A stretch of DNA of 64,000 nucleotides. Source: Torpedo marmorata. Its lineage: Eukaryota. The notes beneath the pieces were generated by a model. It did not search any database and was not told the origin of the DNA. It saw nothing but the letters and a program-made list of their open reading frames with translations. Every line of letters begins with the position of its first letter. Within the stretch, counting starts at the first letter, position 1. A program made the position numbers and the translations under genes. Positions 13,450 to 25,036 of this stretch are shown here, piece by piece. The stretch spans positions 29,140,001 through 29,204,000 of the forward strand of contig OZ360229.1 in the NCBI GenBank assembly GCA_977017645.1, written 5' to 3'.

Positions 13450-14996
13450 CGTCCCCTAATGATCCCATCCTGTCCGTATCTGAGGATGACGTGCGTGCTG
13501 CCTTCAGGAGAGTGAATCCTAGGAAAGCATCCGGCCCGGATGGAGTACCTGGCCGAGTATTAAAAATCTGTGCTGATCAACTTACCAAGGTATTCACAGA
13601 TATTTTCAATATCTCACTCCAGAAGGGCATGGTACCCACCTGTTTCAAACAGGCATCAATCATACCGGTGCCAAAGAAGAGTGTAGTAACCTCTGGTAAC
13701 CTCCTGTCTGAGCAGTGACATGGATACATTCCAGTTCGCCTATCGTAGTGACAGGTCTATGGCGGATGCCATCTCACTGGCTCAACACAAAGCCCTGGAA
13801 CATCTGGACAGCAAAGACGCATACATCGGGATGATCTTTATCGACTACAGTTCGGCATTTAACACCATCATACCCTCAAAACTGATCAGCAAACTTCAAG
13901 ACCTGGGAGTTAACACCCCACTGTGTAATTGGATCATGGATTTCCTCACCTCCAGATCACAATCAGTGAAGATTGGTAAGAACTTCTCCTCTACAATCTC
14001 CATCAGTACCGGAGCACCAAAGGGCTGTGTTCTTAGCCCCCTGCTCTACTCACTTTACACCTACAACTGTGTGGCTCAGTACAACAATATCACCATCTAC
14101 AAATTTGCCGACGATACCACGGTAGTGGGTTGTATAAAGGAAGGGGATGAGTCAGCATACAGGATGGAGATTGAAAACTTGGCTGAATGGTGCACCAACA
14201 ACAATCTTGCACTCAATGTCACCAAAACTAAGGAGCTGATATACAATTCAGTGATCATTGGGGGATCAGAGGTGGAGAGGGTGAGCAAATTTAAGTTCTT
14301 GGGAGTCACTATCTCGGAGGATCTTTCCTGGACCCAACACACCAATGGCATCGTGAAGAAAGCACGTCAGTGCCTCTACTTCCTCAGGAGTTTGCGGAGG
14401 TTTGGTATGACACCAGAAACCCTGGTAAATTTCTACAGAGGTATGGTGGAAAGTGTGCTTACAGGCTGCATCACAGTCTGGTATGGGGACACCAATACCC
14501 CTGAGCGTAAAGCCCTCCAAAAGGTAGTGGACACAGCCCAGGACATCACAGGCAAAACCCTCCCCACTATTGAGTACATCTATAGGGAATGCTGCCGTCG
14601 GAGGGCAGCAGCAATCAACAAGGATCCACACCACCCAGCACACGCTCTGTTCTCGCTGCTGCCATCAGGAAAGAGGTATAGGTGCCACAAGACTCGCACC
14701 ACCAGGTTCAGGAACAGCTGCTACCCCTCCACCATCAGACTCCTCAACGACAAACTCAATCAGAGACTCATTTAAGGACTCTTACTTGTGCACTTTATTG
14801 ATTTTCTTCTTGTTCTCTCTGTATTGCACAGTCAGTTTGTTTACATTCATTATCTGTTTACAGTTCTTTGTTTGTTTACGCTATGTACAGTTTTTTTTTG
14901 CACTACCAATTAGTGGTAATTCTGCCACGCCCACAGGAAAAAAGAATCTCGGGGTTGTATGTGATGTCATGTATGTACTCTGACAATAAATTTGAA
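13450..14996 (+). mobile_element. Rex1/Babar-type LINE, 5'-truncated, with small deletions
   Basis: [60 protein letters not shown]; 3' end TGACAATAAATTTGAA. Confidence 0.9.
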
Positions 14997-16467
14997 GTTT
15001 TTGTCTCATCATCTCCTATTTTTAATCCTCTATTATTCCAGTTTAAAGTCTCCTTCACTTTCATTGTCATCATTAGCAGGTGGTATTCTCTGGTTAAGCA
15101 TTCAAGAAAAACAAAGCAGTTACATTATTCCTGTCCAATGCTTATGAATAGCTTCATCTGCCCCTTGTCCTATGGAAATAATTGTGCCACTCGGTTTTTC
15201 ATTTTTTACTCTTGGGTTTTACTCTTTCCTTGTGCCAGTCTGAAAGTTCTGACATCCAAAGTTTGCTGTCCATACTCTGCTTCGTATTAAATCTTCTTAT
15301 TCCTCATCTGCACCAGATTCTTGTCCTCCAGATCCCAAATATAAAATCTTTGCCTTTATCCAGATTCTAGCTGTGAAGCTGCTATCTACTCCAGCTTTAT
15401 GGCCTCCTCTAACACTGTCTGATCTTCTATCTTATGCCTCCTGTGCATCTCACTCCCTTCTTATTATACCATCTTTAAAACATCATCTATTTTATTTCCT
15501 TTAGATAAACAGCAGCTAATGAATCATTTCAAGTTAATGATTCGTTCATCTGTGTGCCATAATGTTTAAAACACACTGGCCAAGAAATTGAATTGTGCCT
15601 TGACATGGAGCTGTGTGATGGGGTGTTGTGGGTTGTACCAATTTTGTACAATGCTCCCGGCAGTGATATTTTATGTCAAAAATGCCCAAAGCATCGTGTG
15701 AGGAAACTTGCACAAAGACTTTTCCTCCATGATCACCTGGCATTGTGGATAAAGGAAATCTTGGATATGTCATTGGATGTGTGGTGCAGGATCCAATTGT
15801 CAGTGACCAGAGTCTGTTGGGAGGGAGGGAGGGCCTGAAATATCAGTGACACAGAAACTTGGTGGTAGGAGTGAGTGTGACTACTTGATAAGATGGTTTA
15901 AAGAAGCTACTACTTGGAAGAAGATGGACACCAGGCTCTGCAGCAAGGAGAGGCAGGGACTTTGGAAAACACCAAAGCAAACTTCATTTCTGTGGTTAAT
16001 ACTTGATTTTGTTTGTGAAGTCTATGCTTTTTAGGCATTATCTTTGTTATGCATTTTCACATGAATAATGTCAAAGCCGCTGTTTCTTGCCATTTAATGT
16101 TGATGTCACTGTTCCATTCCTGGTGACCTCGACGCATATCCATGTAATGTGTTTGGCAGAGGCACATCTAAATTCTAAAAATGTGGTACTGTAGCAGCAT
16201 ATGCAATTATATTTTCTTAAATCCTTGACACAAAATGTTAAATTACCAATTTATTTTCTGGTCCATTGTCCCATTTCATGATGACTAATTTGTACAAAGA
16301 TTATCTCAACTGTTCTCATCCTTGACTGTCCATTGACAAGCAAGCTTCCTAGATGCTCCATTTTAGGGCATCAATATTAACCTATCAGATCTTGCTTTAC
16401 CTGATGAGAATAACTTGATTATAACATAGAGGCCCACAGATTAACTGTTTGCATTCTGTGCCAATAG

Positions 16468-16587
<120 letters not shown>

Positions 16588-16619
16588 TAAGTACTCCTTT
16601 GCAGCTAATGTAAGCTGCT

Positions 16620-16920
16620 ATCGGTGTCGGTGCTGCGCAATTGCTCAGCAAAAGGAGGTGTAAGGCGCTCCTTCCATCTGATAGCCTACAGGTCACCCTT
16701 GAGCAAGGTGTAGTACCTGTTTAGCCTCCCAATCAGCGTCATGTGAATCCATGGATTGCAGATGGTGGATGATTTTTACAAGCAGATTCTACAAATTGGA
16801 ATTTATGGTTGTAAAAGTAAAAACCCTGGGCAGATGAAACTGCTGATCAATGGCCAGGGTGACCCATCCAGTATGGACACTGCAACTGAAGAAGGCAACG
16901 GGAAACCACTTCAGTGGCGA
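16620..16920 (+). mobile_element. SINE-like element with RTE/BovA-type motif
   Basis: GAAGAAGGCAACGGGAAACCACTTC resembles the RTE-derived GAAGGCAATGGCAAACCAC motif; internal hairpin CAGGTCACCCTTGAGCAAGGTG..ACCTG. Confidence 0.5.
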
Positions 16921-18640
16921 GAAGAACAGAGTTAATATTTCAAATCGGGGATCCTTCATCAGAAGTGGAGACATGAGAAAACAAGCAAGTTTTAAGCTGC
17001 AGAGAGGCAGGGGATGGAGAGAATAGAGGGAACATTTGTGGTGGGGTCAGATCAAAGTTGTCAAGGTAACAATTAATTAACAATCCATCAGTAAAAACTG
17101 CATGCGAGTGGTGATGAAGAAATTGAAACTGAAAAGACCAGCCATGTCTACAGAGAGAGTGAAAAAAAAGTGGTTGCCTGAAATTATTAAATTCAGTGTT
17201 AAGTCCCAGGACTATAAAGTAACGAGCTGAAGATGAGGAACACTTTCTTGAAAATTTGCACTGGATATTGATGGGGCAATGTAAGAGAGATCCGATTGGG
17301 AGAGAGAAAGAGAACTAAAATGACAGGTGACTGGAAACCAGATGGACTGAACAGAGGTGTTCAGCAGAGGATTCAAGATTCAATTTATTGTCATAGTAAT
17401 AAGACAGTGTCATATTCCATGAAATTTCTTTTTGCCTGCTGCAAGGCAGACAGATTCGCCACCGGCAGAAATTGCCTAAGCGCCTCTAACATTCCTTACA
17501 GTCAGAGAAAGAAAAGCAAAAGAGAGTCCCCCCAGAGTCACCGAGTGTCCATAGATTCGCCTCCAGCGCTTCCGCAGCCTCCGCAGCCACACAGAGTCCA
17601 GTCCAAACGATCGGCATCCCGAGCTCCAGATCCGAACCTCCAACACGGTCAGGTTGCCCTCGGCACCCCCTCGCATCCCAGTTCCGATACCTGGTACTCC
17701 TCCAACCAGTTCGAGCCAGACTCCAGCAGTCCGCAGCCCGGTGTGAGTTCCCCGACAGCAGTCTCCAGCAGCCCACAGCCTCCGCAGGTTCCTCGCCTCG
17801 AGTCTCCAGCAGCCCGCCGCATGCACTGGTCCTTCAGCCTCAGAGCCCCTCACCGGTCCGCCGCTGTGCTCACCGTCCCGAGGGTCGTCTCCTCCGCTTC
17901 TCCTTCTCAGACGGGGGGTGATCTTCCCGTCCTCTGGTGCCCTGCTCCAGTCCCCCGCTTCCCCGGAGTCTGCAGCCCCTCGTGGCTGCTGCCGATTAAA
18001 AGGTGCTGCCATCTTGGGCGCAGACCCCGCGGTCGCGGGATCTCAAATAAAACCACCGTCGGCTCCTTTAACGGGCCGTTCAAAGCCCGTGCGGAACCGA
18101 CGGCAGTCGACTGGGCAGCTGGACCCCGTTGGAGCGCTGTATCTCCGCCCCCTCGCTCCCTGCGGGTCCGCACCAGCGGCAGCGCTGCCGCTACAGCGGC
18201 TCCGGCAGCGCCGCCATTTAAATCTGCATTTTGTGTCTCCTATCTGGATATGATCATGGGTGCCTCAGATGCAAAAAGAAAATGAATGAAAAGAAATACA
18301 AATGGTTTGCTCTTTCACATGAAGGACTACTTGGATCCCAAGATGGTAGAAAGGGAAGAAGTAAAAGGGTAGTTGTTACATCACCTATGATTACGTGGAA
18401 TTGAACCAGGATAAAAGGAGTGCTTGGTGGTGATAAAAGAATGGACCAGGGATTTGAGGCCAACAGATTTTTGGAATGATGGAAGGGGAGAAGATGCATC
18501 TAGTGGTGGAATCTATTGAAAATGGCAACAAATTATGGATGATGATCTGTTGAATGTGGAGGCTAATGCATAGAAGGACTAAAAACAAGCCAATCCTGAT
18601 TTGGCTGGGAGAAGAGGGGATGAGAGCAACAAAGTGAGAA
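16920..18640 (-). mobile_element. Degenerate Penelope-like element hosting a GC-rich insertion
   Basis: Terminal-repeat motif CTGATGAAGGATCCCCGATTTGAAA at ~16935-16962 (-); body resembles the Penelope copy at 23.9-25.4 kb. Confidence 0.55.
17370..18220 (-). mobile_element. GC/CpG-rich non-autonomous retroelement with Rex1-like 3' tail
   Basis: Starts AAATGGCGGCGCTGCC, ends TGTCTGCC..GCAGGCA..GAAATTTCATG..TGACAATAAATTGAATCTTGAA; its long ORFs have no recognisable domain. Confidence 0.65.
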
Positions 18641-20285
18641 ATAGTTCCTTCTAATTTCTATAATTTTGTCTGTCTTGTCTGCAACTGCTTTACAATTTTG
18701 AAGGTCCTCTTTGCATTTTAGACAGGGATTCAAGGATTACTATTTGAGGGGTTTTGATGAGTTCAATGTAGTTAATCCTGCCAGCACATTTACTCTAACG
18801 TAACTAAATGCACAGAATGCCCATCTCTTGGTTTATAACTGTTTAAAGTTATTTAGGGTCATGGTGTTAGGTGACGTTTTCCAGGTGTTACAGGGACATG
18901 TGTCTAAAGAATCAGAATTCAGTGGATCAGTTATGCACCAGTGCCCATGGATTCCCACCGCATGAAACAGGAATGCGTTAGATAATGCATCTCATCCAGA
19001 AGTTGGTTGTTTCCTTCTCAGGTCAATATGCATGTTGTAATGTGCTATTTTTCAGATCATTGTGCCTCCCTGATGATCAAATATTATCAAAGCTATGAGC
19101 TGTAACCTTACCTTTGGTCTGATTGAGGCAGTATGGAACAGTGCTGCAACAGCAGAATGTATCCACCAATAGGGTACTTGAATTTGTCTTTCTAACCAAG
19201 CAGATCAGACTGTGCTCAGAAATAGGACAAAAATCTTTCCTAATGTGGTACTGTAAAAAGCATAGGCAATATCAAGACAGAAACAGAAAATGCTGGATAA
19301 ACAGCAAAGGCAATGTGCAGGAAGAGAGAAGCAGAGTCAGTGTTTCATGTTTGGGCCTTCTTATTCAAACACGTACACACAGATGAATACATCAGTTGTC
19401 TGGATCTTCCAAGTTCAGGCTTCCTTTCCACAGAACAAACACCAAGTAATAGTCCCAGTACCCTACCTGTTCCCAACTCCCATTGCAAGCCACAGCAGTT
19501 ACTTGTAGCCTTAATGTGTGTGGCTTCTGCCTTTAATTCCACCTCTGGAATTCAAAGCGCAATTTCTGAGGCTGCTCAGATTCTGTATCCATGCTAATTA
19601 CCCTGTGTGGCTGATGTCACAAGTTAATCAGATGCCCCGAACTTTGAGTTCTGCTGTGTGCAGTTTGTGTTAGTTAAGGTGTGCGGTTTAAAAATCAGGA
19701 CCTTGTAGGAATGTATTAGTTCCAAATCTGTTCTAGTATGAAAGTGAAACCGAGAGTTTAAACACTTCATTTATAATGCCCAAAATCTATTTCCTAAACA
19801 CTGCTGGGCACTGGGTCTTGAGAATGGGTCTGGTGGGGGAAGAGTTAATACATTGATGCCTCTTGTAACATTTTCCACAGATTTAAGTAGATGACAGAAC
19901 ATTAGGTCCATCTCGCAATACACCAATGTGCTGGAGAAACTGAAGGTATGTACCTTGAAGGGCTCAGGACCAAAATGTTGGTTGTCCTTTACCTCCTATG
20001 GATGCTCTGTGACCTGCTGAGTTTCTCCACCACATTTGTGTATTGCACTTGACCCCAGCATCTGCAGACCTTGTTGAACTTCATTAGGTCCATCTTGTTC
20101 TTTCATCCTTTTTGCGCAAGGCTGCAGAGTGTACAAAATTCAAATTTTGGTTGTCTTTTTGACCAAATTTTCAGTCACCTAACTATCTTGATCAGATGAT
20201 GCCTGCTCTTTGGAACAGTTCCGAAGATACTCGAATTTTGTGGCATCAGTCTTGTAAGATTTAATCTTCCTCTGCTTCCCTGCAG

Positions 20286-20337
20286 GTTCATGGAGCAACA
20301 CCCCGAAATGGATTTCTCCAAGGCCAAGTTCAGTTAA
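20286..20337 (+). CDS. NUDC: NUDC exon 9, terminal coding part (FMEQHPEMDFSKAKFS*)
   Basis: ttccctgcag acceptor; conserved NudC C-terminus; TAA at 20335-20337. Confidence 0.97.
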
Positions 20338-21348
20338 AAAATACATGCCTGCCCTGGGACTGAAGGGGATACTCAGACTATTGGAAGAGTTTCAGCAAAA
20401 TGGCTACTTTATGAGCATTGCCTTGTGCTGTGTATCCTGCATCCCAAATTCGTACACCATTTGGGTTGTTCTTGGCATCTGCATTGGAGTCATCATACTG
20501 CATCCATCAGCTGACATCAACCCATATCTTTGCATTTTCTGGCTGGCCTCGTGTCATTCTTCACACCTTTTTTGTTGTGTTATTTCCACAAACCTGCTGC
20601 GAACTGGATTACTTTTTTACCTGACATACTGTTGATTGCACTTGTTTAGTTGCTATTTGGCAACGTGCGAGGTTATCACTGCAGTCATTATTTTCTTTCA
20701 TCAGGGCTTTTCCTGATCATATCTCTGCATGAATGATGATTCCTTGCATCAGTCTTGGGATGAGAGTTTAGTTGGGATTCTGTTGAAACACATTGTATAA
20801 CAAAAACCACCCAGAAAATGCTTGATGGCCCTTTATTCCTATCGTGAGTTCAGATGAGGATCTGTGTGTATGGAGAACATTTGGCTACCAACACATTATA
20901 CCCTGAAGAAGTTCGCCTTTGCTCTACCCTGAACAACACATTATGCAAACAAGCTGCATTAGAAGCACTCTTTGTTCACTAAACATTGAGGCTATTCAGT
21001 GAGTGCTATGCAAAACCCCACCTATAGATAAAGTGAAAATGGCTGAATTTGCTTTCAACTTTGTTTCTTGCTGTTGGCAGCGTGCTCAGCTATGGTTACG
21101 TTGATATACATGCTGCTTTGAGATGGGCATTCAATTTGGAAATTGTCTGGTTGACTGAACTGTTGCACATTTCCAGGTGAAGGGACAAAGTGTTGTAACT
21201 ATATGGGTTGTTACTCTCTATTTCCTTGTCTGTGTTTCCAGGTCAGTTACAGGATGGCTAGATAAATTAATATCTTCATGGAGCATGTTGTTTTATAAAT
21301 ATTGATTTGCATCAGTGCACTGGAACACGATGCTGAAATTCATTTCTC

Positions 21349-21354
21349 AATAAA
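21349..21354 (+). terminator. Probable NUDC polyadenylation signal
   Basis: AATAAA about 1 kb after the stop in unique 3' UTR-like sequence. Confidence 0.5.
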
Positions 21355-21590
21355 TCTAAGCTGCTGCCAGTTATGTGGCAACAGTTCACAGTACAAGATG
21401 TGTTCAACAGAAAAACAGTCACTTTAGCATGTTAGCAACTTAGCACTCCATTTGACAGCTGGGAAAAGATGCCTTGTACAAAAAAAAAGATGTGAAAGTA
21501 TCACATTAGAATAGAGCAGTGATTTTTGCCTGTGGGAAGTTGAACAAAAAGATCGAGCAGGGTGCTGGTTGGAGAGTTTCTAACTGAATA

Positions 21591-21895
21591 CAGGTGCTCC
21601 TCAACTTACGATGGGGTTACATTCCGGCAAACCCATCGTAAATTGAAAAAACAATACTGTACCTACCACTTTTTATAATTAAATTTTGAATACCTTTATT
21701 CCACACTGAAAAAACATTAACGTACACAACTGAAAGCACACTGGGCACGAAGAATGTACAGCATCGCGAGAGAGTAGCGTACCGCATATCGCAAGCGTGG
21801 GAACAGATCGGAATTCGAAATTGAAAGTATGGATTCCAACCACCGTAACTTCGAAAAATCGTTAAGTCGGAGCATCGTAAGTAGGGGAGCACCTG
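21591..21895. mobile_element. Tigger/pogo-like MITE
   Basis: TIRs CAGGTGCTCCTCAACTTACGATG / CATCGTAAGTAGGGGAGCACCTG, TA TSD, CpG-rich interior. Confidence 0.88.
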
Positions 21896-22929
21896 TATAT
21901 TGTAATGGAAGTGGGCTGCAGCAGGTCTCCCAACCTGGAGACTTCAGCAGTGACAAACAACTTCTAACCTCTATAAAACATCTCATCATACTGGATTAGA
22001 CAATATGACAAACCCCAACTCAGATTTGTCATATTGTCCTAATCTAGTATAATAGATTAAATCCTCCAAAGCAGAGAGTTTAAAGCAATTATTAAAGTTC
22101 AGTTTTAGTTTAATTAAATTTAGTTATTTTAATCTTTCTACATCCTTTTTCAGCTTTAGTATTGGAAAGCAGAAGTGAGTGTTCAGGCTTCTGACCATGA
22201 TCATAGGCTGTTGGGACCAAGCTCATTAATTAGTTACTGTGACCTGTCATGGCCACATTGTTTACATTGAGTCAGAAACCAATCCATGGCTAACTGGCCA
22301 TTCAATTATTTTTTATAATGCAAAAGTAATTAACTAACACCAACTGATTTAAGCATGAATAATCAGCCAGTGAATATGTCCCTCTTTCCCTCAATGATCA
22401 CTTGACCTCCTCCTCATTAATATGGGTGAGCAGAGAGCAGTCCTGCTTTGGAGAGATTGTGATTAACCCCATTGCACAACATACAGATCACACCTCCCAC
22501 CCCACCTCCCCCCCCCCCCACCCCCAGCAAACACAATGAATCTTGGATCTAACAAAGTTTATTTAGTTTGATTCTTTGCTTAACAAAGGGTTTCTCTCCT
22601 TGCAGTGTAGGGTGTGGAACACATTTCACTTCTTGCAAAGTAACAGATGGAGGGAGTGTATGTGGAGCGGGGGGGGGGGGGGGGTGGGGGGGGGGGGTGG
22701 GGGGTGGGGATAGAGGAGGTGCTTACAGAAAAACACTTGTAATCTACCATCCTATTGTTTGGAAGTTTCAATAGTTCAACATCTGGTTCACCTGCCTCTT
22801 TCCTGCAGCACTCGGCCGTTAAGGCCCTGTTTCCAATGACTCATGATTTTTCACTGAAAAAAACATTAATGCCATTGCTGTGACATTAAAAAAATAAATA
22901 ACAAGTTTGTTGGTGTATTTAAAAAAAGT

Positions 22930-23640
22930 AACATCCCAGAAAATCACCACAATCCCAAGAATGCTGCATTAGCAATGTCCACTATTCCTCTAGAGAACAA
23001 AAACTCCACAGGTACAATAAAGCAAAGGTCCATCAGAAAATCCATAACCGGTTGGATATAAAGCAGGAGACTCGACAACTTACTTACCATCAAAACATGC
23101 AGGTTCTTCAGTGCAGTAAAAGCCAAATACCAAAGCCCCACCCCACTGAGGCATTCATTGCTCACTGGCAGGAACATTTTTCATACTGCTTCAACTATGA
23201 TTCTGTCCTTGACATAAATCCCCCTTTACTACTGCTCCTGAACACATTGAAAAGCTCATCCACCAACTGAAAATTAACAATATCCCTGCTGCAGTTCTAA
23301 AACTCAATGGTGAAGAGTTTCAATCACAAATCCACAATCATCTTCATCTGGGTAGAGGAGGGGGTTCTGAGAAGACACAAAGAGACAAATCTGACTGGTA
23401 ACGATAGAGGGATCTCCTGCTGTCTACAATGGGGAAAGTCATTATCTGCCTCCTCTCAGTGGCTGAAGGGTTGTTTCCTGTATCACAAAGTGGATTCCAT
23501 CTATGCAAGGCACAATGGACATCATCTTCAGAAAGTGATACATGGCCTCTGTCAACTCTATGACTCCATCCAGTGATGGTACGAAAAGTGTGATATTAAC
23601 CCACAGGTCTACAACAGAGCCAATCTTGACCAGTATTTCA
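22930..23640 (+). mobile_element. Highly degenerate RTE-clade LINE ORF remnant
   Basis: Fragments HWQEHFS, IPAAVLKLNGEEFQSQIH, ISLLSTMGKV, SQSGF. Confidence 0.55.
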
Positions 23641-24356
23641 CAAGGCTCCACGCTGGTCCAATGTTCTTTTCACAGTAACAGAGTGAGAGACAGCTTTACA
23701 GCATGGAAACAGGTCTTGTGATTCACCTTTTATCCATTTGTATTACTACCAATAAGTACTTAATCAGATGCTTTGAATATTCAAATATACAGTATGTATA
23801 CAGTTTTCTAGTCCCTGGCATCTGCCATTGCCTTAATCTACATGTGTACTGATCCATTCCCTAAAGTGCAGGCAGCTTCTTTGAGCACATCTCATGTTTT
23901 ATCTTTGTAGATTAAAGAGATGAGGGGAAGGCTTTGTCTCTTCCCCGCTGTCACCACAGTTTCAATCACCATTTCTGCAGATGCCATCTCTGCTAAGTTA
24001 TATTCTCATGAAAAATGGCAGCATCCTCTCCCAAGCCAATATCCTCACAGGAATCATTCTCCAACTCCTTGGTTCGCTCATCCCCTCCCACTCTCGCCTC
24101 CCCATCCCTTGGCACCTTCCCCTGCAACCCTAGGAGGTGCAACACCTCCATTCACCACCTTTCTCACCACTATCTAGGGAACTACACAGTCATTTCAGGT
24201 GAGGCAGAGTTTTACATGAACCTCTTCTAACCTGATTTACTGCATTCAGTGCTCATATTGTGGCCTCTACATCAGTGAGAACAAGCATAGAGCAAGTGAC
24301 CATTTTGCAGAGTACCTGTGCTCAGTCTGGGGAAGCCACTTTGATCTTCCGGTTAG

Positions 24357-24600
24357 CACCAATAGCCTGAATACGACTGGGATTGTCTGATCTCAGAAGC
24401 TAAGCAGGCACATGACTGGTCAGTACTTGGAGGGGAGACCGCCTAGGAACACCAGGTGCTGTAGGTTTCTGTGAGGGGCGCTGGACAAAATAGCGACCCT
24501 TTGTCTGCCTGAAGGTAGACAAATTAAAGAATTTCATGTATGTTACATTCTAAATGTAGTATTACGTGACAATAATGGAACCTTTACCTTTTTACCTTTT
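24357..24600 (+). mobile_element. 5S rRNA-derived SINE (SINE3-type); 5S head 24357-24468
   Basis: AGCCTGAATACG..GTCTGATCTCAGAAGCTAAGCAGG..TGGTCAGTACTTGGAGGGGAGACCGCCTAGGAACACCAGGTGCTGTAGGTTT matches 5S rRNA with box A and box C; followed by a ~130-nt LINE-like tail ending TGACAATAA and (ACCTTT)n. Confidence 0.85.
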
Positions 24601-24705
24601 AGATGTCATTTCAACTACCCTTCCCTTTCCCACACCAACTTGTCTCCACTGCCATGGAGAGGCTAAGCGTAAACTAGATGAACCACCTCATAGTCCACTT
24701 GGTGT

Positions 24706-25036
24706 TGTAGCGTGATCTACACAGAATTCTGAAGAACACACAGTCGGTAGGTTGCAAGTAAGACTGTTTAATCGGGTCTCGCAGCCCCTGGCTTTTAGGC
24801 AGGGCTGCGAGCCTAATTGCTGTCGTTTACATGACCATTGCCGCTTAATCGCTGTCGTCTACATGACAATGGGAGCCGTACATTACAATGGGAACTTTCC
24901 CGGGTCTCCTGTCCTTCTGGTTGAAGGAGGAGGGGGGTCGGTACCATCTTTGCGCCAGCCCCTGCTGTTGCCATGTGTACTTGCTCAGCCGCCATTGCGG
25001 GCACCGGTTCGCTTGCCCAGAGCGGGTACCGCTACA
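24706..25036 (-). mobile_element. Solo LTR (Gypsy-like)
   Basis: TGTAGCG...CGCTACA termini, 4-bp flanks GTGT/GTAT; minus strand has CTAAAA then ATTAAA then a GT-rich U5-like segment. Confidence 0.75.

Noticed and set aside
16601-16780. HDV-like or twister ribozyme in the RTE-related element
   Set aside because: Hairpins exist but I could not build the nested pseudoknot on either strand by eye; needs a covariance search.
17296-18285. 329-aa and overlapping ORFs as a nested gene in NUDC
   Set aside because: Low-complexity products open on both strands because of high GC; the region ends in a retroelement tail and has no splice structure or domain.
24357-24468. Functional 5S rRNA gene
   Set aside because: 5' end missing, many substitutions, no T4 terminator at the 5S end, isolated and fused to a LINE-like tail inside a Penelope element.
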